Of a DNA stretch of 64,000 bases, positions 29,719 through 39,059 are shown piece after piece. The notes beneath the pieces are model-generated. The model did no database searches. It was given only the letters and a program-made list of their open reading frames with translations, and had not been told where the DNA came from. This stretch comes from an uncultured archaeon (GTDB lineage Archaea; Hadarchaeota; Hadarchaeia; Hadarchaeales; Hadarchaeaceae): NCBI GenBank assembly GCA_937921735.1, contig CAKZTQ010000011.1, positions 1 through 64,000 of the forward strand, in the 5' to 3' direction. The position numbers were made by a program, and so were the translations under genes. The first letter of the stretch is position 1, and each line of letters begins with the position of its first letter.

Positions 29719-30273
29719 TAGGCGCCGCCTCGCGATGATCATCCTTTGGAGCGCAGTGAGGTGCGCCAGGATCGCCACCAACGGTACGGCGTAGTGCATC
29801 AGGTTGAACAGCCCGCCGACCGCCAGGATCAGAAGCCGCTCACCGCGTTCCGCGACCCCTACGTCGAGCTTTCCGGAGCCAGCCGCCTCGGCTCTTGCTC
29901 TAGTATAGCTGACCATGAAGCTACCCGTCACCGCGAACAACCCCCACTTCCAGCTGGCGAGGCCAGCGTAGATGGCGCCCGCGAATATGGCGAAGTCGAC
30001 GTAACGATCGACGACCGAATCCAGTAGCCCGCCGAACGCCGTTTCCATCCCGCCCACCCGTGCCACGGCACCATCTATCGCGTCTAGGAACCCACATATC
30101 AACAGAGCCACTCCGGCCAAGCGGGGCTCGCTGTTGGCGAACAACAGGGCAGCCGCCGATCCCATCAACAATCCGAGCAGGGTTATCCAGTTGGGGGTAA
30201 AGCCGACCTGGATGAAGGCCCTCGCCACGGGCTCCAAAAGCGGTTCTATCCTCTCCCTTATCTCGCTGAGCAT
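29713..30273 (-). CDS. CDP-alcohol phosphatidyltransferase (probable archaetidylinositol phosphate synthase)
   Basis: TPNWIT, DAIDGAVAR..FGGLLDSVVDRYVD, SYTRARAE, ERGER. Confidence 0.88.
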   Translation of the reverse strand: MLSEIRERIEPLLEPVARAFIQVGFTPNWITLLGLLMGSAAALLFANSEPRLAGVALLICGFLDAIDGAVARVGGMETAFGGLLDSVVDRYVDFAIFAGAIYAGLASWKWGLFAVTGSFMVSYTRARAEAAGSGKLDVGVAERGERLLILAVGGLFNLMHYAVPLVAILAHLTALQRMIIARRRLS

Positions 30274-30327
30274 CCTTCCCTCGTTAAAGCAATAAATACC
30301 CGCGAATAAGTGCATTGCGGTGAACGT

Positions 30328-31161
30328 GTGATATTCCTCGGGCCAGCCGGGGTTCCCTTGGCATGTAAGGAGAGGAGCACAACCGCCGGCGTCAGGTGCG
30401 TGTCTGAGCTCGGGTTGAACGCGCTCGAGTGCGAGTTCGTGAGGAGGGTGGGCATGAGCAACGAAGCCGCAAAGGAAGTCGGAGAGCTCGCCGAGCGCCT
30501 AGGCGTGCGCCTGTCCGTTCACTGCCCCTACTTCGTCAACTTATGCTCGAGCGATAAGGAAAAGCTGGAGGCGTCAAAAAAGAGGATCTTAGATTCGACC
30601 GAGAGGGCTAGCTTCATGCGCGCTGACATCGCGGTCTTTCACCCGGGATTCTACGGTTCGCTCTCGAGGGAGGAAGCCTACGAGGCCGTGAAGGAGTCCT
30701 GCTTGGATATCCTCGACCGGATGAGGTCCAAGGGGATAAGGGATGTCGGACTTGGGCTGGAGACCACGGGCAAGCAGACGGCGTTCGGGACGTTGGAGGA
30801 AATCGTCAGGATATGCGAGGAGGTGAAGGGGTGCGTGCCCGTGGTGGACTGGGCACACATTTACGCTCGAAACGCGGGCAGGATAGATTATGTAAGGGTA
30901 TTCGACGAGCTGCGTCCTCTTAAGCTAAAGCATCTGCACACGCACTTCACGGGGGTTGAGTTTACCGTCATCGAAGACGGCAAGGGCAACGAGAAACACC
31001 ATCTCGAGATCAAGTCCAACAAGCCGCCGTTCAAGCCTCTCGCGGAGGAAATCCTGAGGAGAAAAATTGACATCACGATAATTTCAGAGTCGCCGATCTT
31101 GGAAAAAGACGCGCTGGAAATGAAGCGCGTGTTCGAGCGGCTCGGCTACAAGTTTAAGTAG
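30328..31161 (+). CDS. Endonuclease IV-like TIM-barrel protein
   Basis: GPAGVP, SVHCPYFVNL, FHPG, ETTGK, DWAH, HTHF, ESP. Confidence 0.85.
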   Translation: MIFLGPAGVPLACKERSTTAGVRCVSELGLNALECEFVRRVGMSNEAAKEVGELAERLGVRLSVHCPYFVNLCSSDKEKLEASKKRILDSTERASFMRADIAVFHPGFYGSLSREEAYEAVKESCLDILDRMRSKGIRDVGLGLETTGKQTAFGTLEEIVRICEEVKGCVPVVDWAHIYARNAGRIDYVRVFDELRPLKLKHLHTHFTGVEFTVIEDGKGNEKHHLEIKSNKPPFKPLAEEILRRKIDITIISESPILEKDALEMKRVFERLGYKFK

Positions 31162-32428
31162 CCTGCACTTCCTTTAGCTTGTTAGCCAATTCCTCGCGAG
31201 GGACTAGCTCCTGCTCACCGGTGGTCATGTTCCGCAGCGTGACCTTTCCCGATGCCAAGTCCCTCGCCCCCACGATCACCGCGTATCTCGCTCTTCTAGC
31301 GTCTGCGTACGCGATGGCTTTTCTAAGGCTGCGCCCCATGAGGTCGACGTCGACGGAAAGCCCGGCCCTCCGAAGATCGCGGGCGATCTTAAGGCATTCG
31401 TCCAACATCTCCCCGCTCGATGGGAGCACCATGCAGTCCAGTTGCCGTTCTTCTATCTCAACGCCTTGCCTCAGCATGGCCTGCGCTATCCTGTCGACGC
31501 CAAAGCCCACGCCTACCGCAGGGCAAGGTTCACCGCCTAGCAACTCGATCAACTCGTCGTAACGTCCGCCACCAGCCACCTGCACACCGTCGACGTAGAG
31601 CTCGAAGACCACGTCGGTGTAGTACTCCAACCCGCGCGCGATGCCCAGGTCCACGCGATACCCATCGACGCCGCAGAGCTCTAGAAGCCTCAACACCGCT
31701 CGAAGCCGTCGCAGGGCCGCCCTGGCCTTCGTGAGGTCGCTCAGGAGCTCCTCCGCTTTGTCCAGTACCTCCACGCCGCCCCGAAGTCCTGCCACCGCCT
31801 TGAGGAGCTTTTTATATTCTTCCCCAACCCCCCGTTTGTCGAGCTCTTCCTCGAGCTTGGCCTGGTCGTGGGCGTCAATCGCCCTCATCACTGGGTCCTG
31901 CTCCTCGCCTTTTACCCCCGCCCGCGACAATATTTCCCTCAAAAGGCCGACGTTGCCTATGCGTAAGTCGTAGCCCCTTAAACCTAGTTCCTTGGCGACT
32001 TCGTCGACCAGCGCTATCACCTCCGCATCTGCTTCGGGCCTCGAACTGCCGATTATCTCCGCCCCTGACTGCAGGAATTGCCTGTAGCGCCCCGCCTGCG
32101 GTTCCTCGTAACGGAAGCAGTTGCCAAAGTAAAACAGCTTCAAGGGTTTGGGGAACGACTTGAGCCGCTCGAGGTAGAACCTGACGACGGGAGCGGTCAG
32201 CTCCGGCCTCAGGGCGAGCCATCTCCCGGATTTATCCTGAAACGCGTAGATCTGGTTTACCACGCTGGCCCCCGATTTCTTGGTGAAGAGCTCGAGGTGC
32301 TCGAAGGTCGGCGTCTCTACCTCGACATAGCCGTAGCGCTTGAAAATCTCGTTCATCACGTGCATGACCTTGCGCACGCTCTCGAGCTCAGGGCCAAACA
32401 AATCGCGGGTCCCTCGCGGTCTCCGCAT
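31154..32428 (-). CDS. hisS: Histidine--tRNA ligase
   Basis: PRGTRD, LRPELT, FRYEEPQAGRYRQF, RGLEYYT, GGGRYD. Confidence 0.97.
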   Translation of the reverse strand: MRRPRGTRDLFGPELESVRKVMHVMNEIFKRYGYVEVETPTFEHLELFTKKSGASVVNQIYAFQDKSGRWLALRPELTAPVVRFYLERLKSFPKPLKLFYFGNCFRYEEPQAGRYRQFLQSGAEIIGSSRPEADAEVIALVDEVAKELGLRGYDLRIGNVGLLREILSRAGVKGEEQDPVMRAIDAHDQAKLEEELDKRGVGEEYKKLLKAVAGLRGGVEVLDKAEELLSDLTKARAALRRLRAVLRLLELCGVDGYRVDLGIARGLEYYTDVVFELYVDGVQVAGGGRYDELIELLGGEPCPAVGVGFGVDRIAQAMLRQGVEIEERQLDCMVLPSSGEMLDECLKIARDLRRAGLSVDVDLMGRSLRKAIAYADARRARYAVIVGARDLASGKVTLRNMTTGEQELVPREELANKLKEVQAT

Positions 32429-32492
32429 CTCCCTGCCTCCGACGGAGTTATCTGTGGGAAGCTCTTAAACCTTCCCGGCCTTTGCCAGAGCG

Positions 32493-34640
32493 TTAATCGG
32501 GTAAATTCTCGTAAACTATCTCGTACAACTTTACCCACCCGTTCTGACTCGTGAAGCGCAGTCGCAAGTAGTCGATCTCCGTCACCGCCGGTGGCAGCCA
32601 GCCTAGCTGGAATATCTTGGCGCTCAGCGGGATCCCCATCTCCACCAAACTAGCGCCGAGCAGTTGGTTGTTTTCGTTGATGTATATCACCAACATCTCG
32701 CGGATATCTGGGGAGTGGTAAAACCCGAAGTCCAAAAATCTCATCGTGCCATCGGCATAAACCGAGAAGAGGGCGTAGCCTGTGAAGCGAGTTCGCTCGT
32801 TGTCGACCGGAATGTAGACTTCCATGTCCCACTGGTGGAATACTACGTTTTCTCTATTCTCACCGAAGTTGAATGTGATTCTTGGCTCCTCCTGCGCCCA
32901 AGAGGTGGTCCGCGCCTTGACCCTCCCCCCGAAGATGGCGTTTCTAACCGCGTAGTATGCGGTCGAGATGTCGAACACGATGTACCGGATATCTATGCCG
33001 TAGTTATCGCGGTAGGTGCGGACGATTTTGGCGAACTCCTCGTCGCTGTCCACGGAGAAGAGGCGATCCACGTCCATCCTTCTCCCGCCGACCAACAAGG
33101 CCTCTTGGCCGATCCTTGGACGCCAGATGTAGTCGGGCGGGCGAATGGTAACGTTTGGATCGTTTTCCCATTTGCCCTCCAGGCTCCAAGTCTCACACCC
33201 GTCGACCACCGAGCGCCGTTTGGAGACGGCCGTCAGGAGGTGCCCATAGGACCACTGGACCGCGAATATTGCGCCCTCGGGCGAGTTCTGCCTCAGCCAT
33301 TCGCCAGCATCCACCAGCGCCTCGTGGAGCGCCGCTTCCATGGGCGGGCCAGTCCTCCTCGCTTGGGCGTATGCATTTTGGGCGAAGGGGGTGGCGATTA
33401 GGATGGCGCATATCGCAAGCGCGAGGGGGCTCTTCAGCGCATGCATCCAGCCCGAGCTCGCCCCATGCGATACCGAGAGCTTTCTGATCCATCTCGCCAG
33501 CTCGACCAAGCCTAAACCCGCGAGGCACGCAAGCAGCGGCCACCAAAGCCTTAGGAACCTCACTTGGGAGTGCGCGAGGAAGACCAAGGCAGCCAGCCAA
33601 GGCAGCAGGATCCACTCACCTCTTCCCCTCGAAAGAACGACTCCCACCAGCGCAACCGCGACTAGGGCGAACACGATTCCGGTGAGCACATTTCCGCCGT
33701 AGAAGCCGTAGAGGCTCTCCCAGCTGGCGGGTTGCATCTCCGATGCATATCGAGGTATTCTCGCTGCAGGCGCCTTGAGCCCGACGAACTCCGCCCCCCA
33801 GCTGATGATTCCCGTAATCGACTGGCCGACGATCGCCCAAGCGACGAAGAAGGTAATGCCTATCATCGCCGCTATGCCGTAGATGGTGTGTGCGTTTCCC
33901 TTAACGCTCTCCTTGATCGAGTTCAGGCCCCAGCTAGGGGTGGAATGCCCGAGGCTCTCCTTGAACAACACCAGCAACAGCGCCGCGATTATCACCGGAA
34001 CCAAGTAGAGATAGCCGAGCCACGCGATGGGGAAGAGGCCGTAGGTTAGCCCAGCTAGCGCCGCGAACTTGAGCGCGGATTCTCGCGGGGACTTCAGGAC
34101 CTTTATTGCGCCGTAAATCGCCCAAGCCGCTAGGAGTGCGGTGAGTATATCCCTGTCGAACGCGCCGATCTTGGCCCAGTAAACGGGCGAGGTCGTTCCC
34201 GGGCAGCTGGCCATCGTGGCGAGGAAAAAGACGGATGCGCAGCCCGCGATGTCGCCGGCCAGCTCTTTACCTATGAGAAAGACGGGAATGAACATCAGCA
34301 CGAAGAAGATCGCGGAGAGGTGAGTCGTCACATCCTCGATGGTAAGCCACGGGAAGACCCGATGGAACCCCTTGTAGATCATCGCGGCGAGAAGGGGTTG
34401 AAGCTGGTCCGATATGCTCACGGGTAGCCCTTGCGGGGGGTGGGAGAGCTCGTGGACCGTCACCATGCCGTCGGCTTGCACGATCTCCTCCGCGAGGTGA
34501 TGGAAGTAGCCGCTGTCAGACGTGGTGTACCCGCGATAGGCTGGCGCCGCCACCCAGAGCACCGAGAGCGAGAACGCCATCATCGCGAGCAAGTAGGCGA
34601 CGATGAGCCATCGCTTGTACCTCAAAGGTACCCCAACCAA
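32493..34640 (-). CDS. STT3/AglB-like GT-C membrane glycosyltransferase with variant WWDYG motif
   Basis: Multi-TM N-terminal half; DSGY, GAFDRD, ASEMQP, QVRF, WLRQNSPE..QWSYGH, SVVDG; C-terminal VKLYEI. Confidence 0.8.
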   Translation of the reverse strand: MVGVPLRYKRWLIVAYLLAMMAFSLSVLWVAAPAYRGYTTSDSGYFHHLAEEIVQADGMVTVHELSHPPQGLPVSISDQLQPLLAAMIYKGFHRVFPWLTIEDVTTHLSAIFFVLMFIPVFLIGKELAGDIAGCASVFFLATMASCPGTTSPVYWAKIGAFDRDILTALLAAWAIYGAIKVLKSPRESALKFAALAGLTYGLFPIAWLGYLYLVPVIIAALLLVLFKESLGHSTPSWGLNSIKESVKGNAHTIYGIAAMIGITFFVAWAIVGQSITGIISWGAEFVGLKAPAARIPRYASEMQPASWESLYGFYGGNVLTGIVFALVAVALVGVVLSRGRGEWILLPWLAALVFLAHSQVRFLRLWWPLLACLAGLGLVELARWIRKLSVSHGASSGWMHALKSPLALAICAILIATPFAQNAYAQARRTGPPMEAALHEALVDAGEWLRQNSPEGAIFAVQWSYGHLLTAVSKRRSVVDGCETWSLEGKWENDPNVTIRPPDYIWRPRIGQEALLVGGRRMDVDRLFSVDSDEEFAKIVRTYRDNYGIDIRYIVFDISTAYYAVRNAIFGGRVKARTTSWAQEEPRITFNFGENRENVVFHQWDMEVYIPVDNERTRFTGYALFSVYADGTMRFLDFGFYHSPDIREMLVIYINENNQLLGASLVEMGIPLSAKIFQLGWLPPAVTEIDYLRLRFTSQNGWVKLYEIVYENLPD

Positions 34641-34688
34641 GCTCTAGGTCGCGGCGGGCCTTAAAAATTTGTGAGAAGGGAGGGCAGC

Positions 34689-34952
34689 TCACTTCTTGGC
34701 CTTTTCGGGCTCCTTAGCTTCCTCAGCAGTCGCCGCGGCGGGCTCCACTTCCTTGGTAGTCGCCATTATCCAACCAAGCCAGAAACCCAAGCCCACCACG
34801 ATTAGCAGGAACACGGTGACTGGCAGCGCGAATGCCAGCGATGGCGGCGGGCCAGCTATATACCCGAACCAAATGTGCGCCGCGGCAACAGCGACGCAAG
34901 CGAGGCACAAGAGCGCTCCGAGGACCCTCGAGGAGCTCAATCCATCACCCAT
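34689..34952 (-). CDS. Small two-TM membrane protein
   Basis: Two TM helices ending WLGWIMATT, then a charged tail; TATA-like element at 34981-34988 upstream. Confidence 0.65.
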   Translation of the reverse strand: MGDGLSSSRVLGALLCLACVAVAAAHIWFGYIAGPPPSLAFALPVTVFLLIVVGLGFWLGWIMATTKEVEPAAATAEEAKEPEKAKK

Positions 34953-35061
34953 CCGAGCCGCAAAACATTCCGATTGGTGATTTAAATATCTTTCGCAGCC
35001 CCGCCGATGTCGCCTCGGACAGGGTTTATTAGGTGGGGCTCGAAAGTTTGTCTCGATCAGC

Positions 35062-36873
35062 ATGTCCAAGGCCTACGTGGTGGACACCAGCGTCGTGGTC
35101 GACGGGCGCATCTCGCGCATGGTCGAGGGCGGCGAATTGCGGGATTGTGAGATAGTCGTGCCGCAAGCGGTCTTGGCAGAGCTCGAGCATCAGGCCAACT
35201 CTGGTAGGGACTCCGGCTTCAGCGGCTTGGCCGAGCTCAGGCGCCTCCGCGAGTTCGCAGACCAAGGGCGGGTCAGGCTCAGCTTCGCGGGCCAGAGGCC
35301 CACCGCCGACCAGCTCGCAGGCGCCGCCGCTGGGGCGATAGACGCTGCCATTAGGGACCTCGCTAGGGAAAGGGGCGCGGTGCTCGTGACGAGCGATGCG
35401 GTGATGGCCGAGGTGGGCAGGGTGGAGGGGCTGGAGGTGATGTTTTTGAAACCCCTCCCCGTCGAGCGGAAGCCCAAGTTGCTGAAGTATTTCGACGAGA
35501 ACACGATGTCGGTCCACCTCAAGGACCGCGTTCGCCCGATGGCGAAGGTCGGACGCCCGGGCAAGTTCGTGCTCAAGGTACTCGATGAGAGGCCGCTGAC
35601 TGAGGAGGAGCTGAGAGAGATGGCTAGGGAGATCATAGAGCTCGCCAGGCAGGACCCTGACGGCTTCATCGAGCTCGAACGGGAGGGCGCGACCATCGTG
35701 CAGTTCCACGAGTACCGCATTGCCATAGCCCGCCCACCCTTCAGCGATGGGTTCGAGATCACCGCCGTGAGGCCGGTGGCGGAGGTCAAGCTCGAGGACT
35801 ATCGCCTCTCCGATAAGCTGAAGGAGCGCCTGAGCAAGCAGGCGGAGGGCGTGCTCATCGCCGGCCCGCCCGGCGCCGGCAAGTCGACGTTCGCGCAGGC
35901 ATTGGCCGAGCTATATCGCAAGCAGGGCAAGATAGTCAAGACCATGGAGTCCCCCCGCGACCTCCAGGTGAGCGATGAAATAACGCAATACAGCCCGCTG
36001 GAGGGGGATATGGAGAGGACGGCCGACGTGCTGTTGCTGGTGCGCCCGGACTACACCATCTACGACGAGATGCGCAAGACCAAGGACTTTCAGATCTTCA
36101 CCGACATGCGCCTCGCTGGCATTGGCATGGTTGGAGTAGTCCACGCCACCCGGGCGATCGACGCGATCCAGCGCCTCATAGGTAGGGTGGAGCTGGGCAT
36201 GATACCCATGATAGCCGACACCGTCATCTTCATCAAGGATGGCGAGATCAAGGAGGTCTACTCGCTTAAGTCGGTGGTGAAGGTGCCCCATGGCATGATA
36301 GAAGCTGACCTGGCTAGACCGATCATTCAGGTCTGCGATTTCGAGACGGACGAGCCCGTCTACGAGATCTACTCCTTTGGCGAGGAAATCGTCGTGATGC
36401 CCGTGCGGAGGAGGGAGCCATCGAAGGCCGAGCGCAAGCTGGCGGAAGAGATCAGACGGGAGATAAAGCGAAGGGCGAGGGCCGACGTCGACGTGGAGGT
36501 GCTGTCGGAAGGTGAGGCCATCGTTCGCGCCGATCCCGAGGCGATACCGAAGATAATCGGGCGGGGAGGTAGGACAATCGACGCGGTGCAGCGGAGGCTG
36601 GGGGTGAAGATAGACGTGCGGGAGCGCGAGGAACCAGCCGAAGGGCGAGAGGAGCTGGAGGTAGAGGTCAAGGAGGAGGGGGGTCACGTCATCTTGATGT
36701 TAGGCAGGGAACATCGAGGCGAGAACGTCGAGATCTACGCGGGAGATGCCTTCTTGTTCAAGGCCACGGTGGGCGCCAGGGGGGATATACGCATAGAGCG
36801 AGGTAGCGAGTTCGGGAGGCAGCTTAAGAGCTTGGTGGAGCAGGGCGTGCCCATACGCGCGGTTCGAGCCTAG
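35062..36873 (+). CDS. PIN-domain ATPase with KH domains (PINA-like)
   Basis: VVDTSV PIN domain, GPPGAGKST, ESPRDL, DEMR, HAT, KIIGRGG KH loop. Confidence 0.92.
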   Translation: MSKAYVVDTSVVVDGRISRMVEGGELRDCEIVVPQAVLAELEHQANSGRDSGFSGLAELRRLREFADQGRVRLSFAGQRPTADQLAGAAAGAIDAAIRDLARERGAVLVTSDAVMAEVGRVEGLEVMFLKPLPVERKPKLLKYFDENTMSVHLKDRVRPMAKVGRPGKFVLKVLDERPLTEEELREMAREIIELARQDPDGFIELEREGATIVQFHEYRIAIARPPFSDGFEITAVRPVAEVKLEDYRLSDKLKERLSKQAEGVLIAGPPGAGKSTFAQALAELYRKQGKIVKTMESPRDLQVSDEITQYSPLEGDMERTADVLLLVRPDYTIYDEMRKTKDFQIFTDMRLAGIGMVGVVHATRAIDAIQRLIGRVELGMIPMIADTVIFIKDGEIKEVYSLKSVVKVPHGMIEADLARPIIQVCDFETDEPVYEIYSFGEEIVVMPVRRREPSKAERKLAEEIRREIKRRARADVDVEVLSEGEAIVRADPEAIPKIIGRGGRTIDAVQRRLGVKIDVREREEPAEGREELEVEVKEEGGHVILMLGREHRGENVEIYAGDAFLFKATVGARGDIRIERGSEFGRQLKSLVEQGVPIRAVRA

Positions 36874-36910
36874 CAATAATCATAAATCTCCTCGGTTGAA
36901 TTTTACTTGA

Positions 36911-36984
36911 GGGCCCGTGGCCAAGTCGGATAAGGCGGCAGCCTCCTAAGCTGCAAATCGCGGGTTCGAATCCCGCCGGGCCCG
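36911..36984 (+). tRNA. tRNA-Arg(CCT)
   Basis: GGGCCCG/CGGGCCC acceptor stem, GCAGC-CTCCTAA-GCTGC anticodon arm, GTTCGAATC; CCA not encoded. Confidence 0.95.
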
Positions 36985-37066
36985 CTATTTTTTGGCTCCC
37001 TTTTCGCGCGGAAAAAAAATCTTATAGCTCCTGTTGCAGGTAGTTTAAGGACTTTTAGGTGAAAAG

Positions 37067-38443
37067 ATGAGCGATAAGAGCGAGTTCATGGGGAAGGACC
37101 CTGTATGGCCGCTACTCCTACGTTTTTGCGGACCATCCATAATAGCCGCGGTGGTAACGGCCACCTATAACTTGGTCGACGCGATATTCGCCGGCGCCCT
37201 CGGTCTCGAAGCTTTGGCCGCCTTGGCTGTAGCCTTCCCACTTATGATAATTTATACATCGATAGGTTTTTGCATCGGTTTCGGATCATCTTCCCTGATC
37301 TCCCGCAGCTTGGGCGCGAGGAAACTCGAGGAGGCCAACATTGCGGCGGGAAATGCTATCTCTCTGTTTCTAATTGCAGGGGCCATCGCCACCCTCGTCT
37401 TCTACCCAAGCTTGAAAACCTTGCTCAGCCTCTTCGGAGCGAGCGGTGAGGTTTTAGAGCAAGCTGTTTCCTATATGAGCATCGAGACGAGATTTATCTC
37501 GCTGAACTTCTTGCTCCTCGTGCTCGTGGAGATGGTTAGGGCGGGCGGCGATCCATCCATAGCGAGCGGCGCCGCAATTCTCTCCACGATCATCAATTGC
37601 GTCATGGATCCCGTCTTGGCGTTTGGGCTGGGACCATTTCCCAGGATGGGGATAGCGGGTCTCGCTCTGGCGACGACGGTGGGTCGGGCAATATCCTCGA
37701 TGATCTTGCTTGTGCATCTCATTTCTAGGTCCGTTTACTCCCTCCACTCCAAGCATTTCTTGCCGAGGATATGGGCGATGAAGGAGATATTGGGAGTTGG
37801 ATCATCCTCCACCGTGCGTATGGCTGGTGGCTCAGTCGCGCAGGTGCTGTCCGTTAAGGTGGCATCGTCCTTCGGCGTTATCCCATTGGCCTTGTTGGCG
37901 GTCCTGTTTAGGGTCAACAGCCTCGTGTTCCATCCCTGCTTTGGCCTCGGTCAGGGGATGATACCCCTTGTCGGATACAATTATGGTGCCAAGTTAAATC
38001 ACCGCGTGAGGGAGATCGTCACGAAGGCCACCACCGTCGCCTTTGCGTATGGGGCCATTTTTTGGCTGATGGTGACGGTTTTTGCGGCCCCTATCTTGTC
38101 CGTATTCGGCGATGGCGCTGATTACCTCGGTCAGGGAATTTGGGCCCTCCGCATATTTGCGTTCGATTCGCTCACCATAGGCGCCCACATGGTCCTGAGC
38201 TGCTTTTTCCAAGGACTAGGGAAGTGGGCTCCCGCCCTGATAGTGTCATCGTCGCGTCAACTCATCTTCCTGATACCATGCGTTTTGGTCCTCCCACAGC
38301 TGTTCGGCTTAACGGGGTTATGGCTGGCTTTTCCCATCGCAAGCGCGTTGGCCTTGGCCCTCTCCCTATCCTGGGCGATCGCCGAATTTCGCAGCTGGGG
38401 AAGCCCCAGTTCAGCCGAGGCCAGGCGCGGCAACAGATACTAA
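37067..38443 (+). CDS. MATE family efflux transporter
   Basis: YNLVDAIF, GLEALAA, ISRSLGA, MDP, GYNYGA; about 12 TM segments. Confidence 0.92.
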   Translation: MSDKSEFMGKDPVWPLLLRFCGPSIIAAVVTATYNLVDAIFAGALGLEALAALAVAFPLMIIYTSIGFCIGFGSSSLISRSLGARKLEEANIAAGNAISLFLIAGAIATLVFYPSLKTLLSLFGASGEVLEQAVSYMSIETRFISLNFLLLVLVEMVRAGGDPSIASGAAILSTIINCVMDPVLAFGLGPFPRMGIAGLALATTVGRAISSMILLVHLISRSVYSLHSKHFLPRIWAMKEILGVGSSSTVRMAGGSVAQVLSVKVASSFGVIPLALLAVLFRVNSLVFHPCFGLGQGMIPLVGYNYGAKLNHRVREIVTKATTVAFAYGAIFWLMVTVFAAPILSVFGDGADYLGQGIWALRIFAFDSLTIGAHMVLSCFFQGLGKWAPALIVSSSRQLIFLIPCVLVLPQLFGLTGLWLAFPIASALALALSLSWAIAEFRSWGSPSSAEARRGNRY

Positions 38444-38486
38444 AAGCAAGGCGGCAAGATCGATGGTTTGAAAAGGAGGTGTTAAA

Positions 38487-38708
38487 ATGGGGGAGCACGA
38501 GGATTGGGCGATGGCTAGGCAGTCCTTGATCGAGGAGCTCGACGCCATAAACAAGTACCAAGCCAGGATAGACGCCACCAAGGATGGGTCGCTGAAGAAG
38601 GTATTGCAGCACAACATGGACGAGGAGAAGGAGCACGTCGCGATGCTCGTGGAGTGGCTCAGGAAGAAGGACCCAACCCAGGGCGAGATGTTTAAGGAGC
38701 ACGACTGA
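38487..38708 (+). CDS. Encapsulated-ferritin-like (EncFtn/Flp) protein without targeting peptide
   Basis: SLIEELDAINKYQAR and HNMDEEKEHVAMLVEWLR resemble EncFtn ferroxidase helices; strong SD AGGAGGT. Confidence 0.82.
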   Translation: MGEHEDWAMARQSLIEELDAINKYQARIDATKDGSLKKVLQHNMDEEKEHVAMLVEWLRKKDPTQGEMFKEHD

Positions 38709-38754
38709 GCAGGTAGGCATGTTTTTAATTTTCGCCGCGAAAGCTAGACGTGAG

Positions 38755-38832
38755 GCCCCGGTGGTGTAGGCCGGTCAATCATGCAGGCCTCTCGAGCCTG
38801 CGACGCGGGTTCAAATCCCGCCCGGGGCACCA
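38755..38832 (+). tRNA. tRNA-Glu(CTC)
   Basis: GCCCCGG/CCGGGGC acceptor stem, CAGGC-CTCTCGA-GCCTG, GTTCAAATC, encoded CCA. Confidence 0.95.
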
Positions 38833-39059
38833 TTTCGATTATTTTGTAGCAGCGTTGCAAAAGCATGAAACTTTTGCCGGGGGAAGGGGGCAGGTGATAT
38901 TTGGGGTAAAATGGAGCCCTAAGCACCGGAGGAAGCCAAGCCACCCAAGAAGTCCAGTACTGACGAAGGAGAACTTGCCGTCCCTCTCCTCCGCCATCTG
39001 GGGCAGAGCGGCGCGACAAAAATTAAATGTTGGCCAGCCCAAACGTGAAAGTGTTAACC

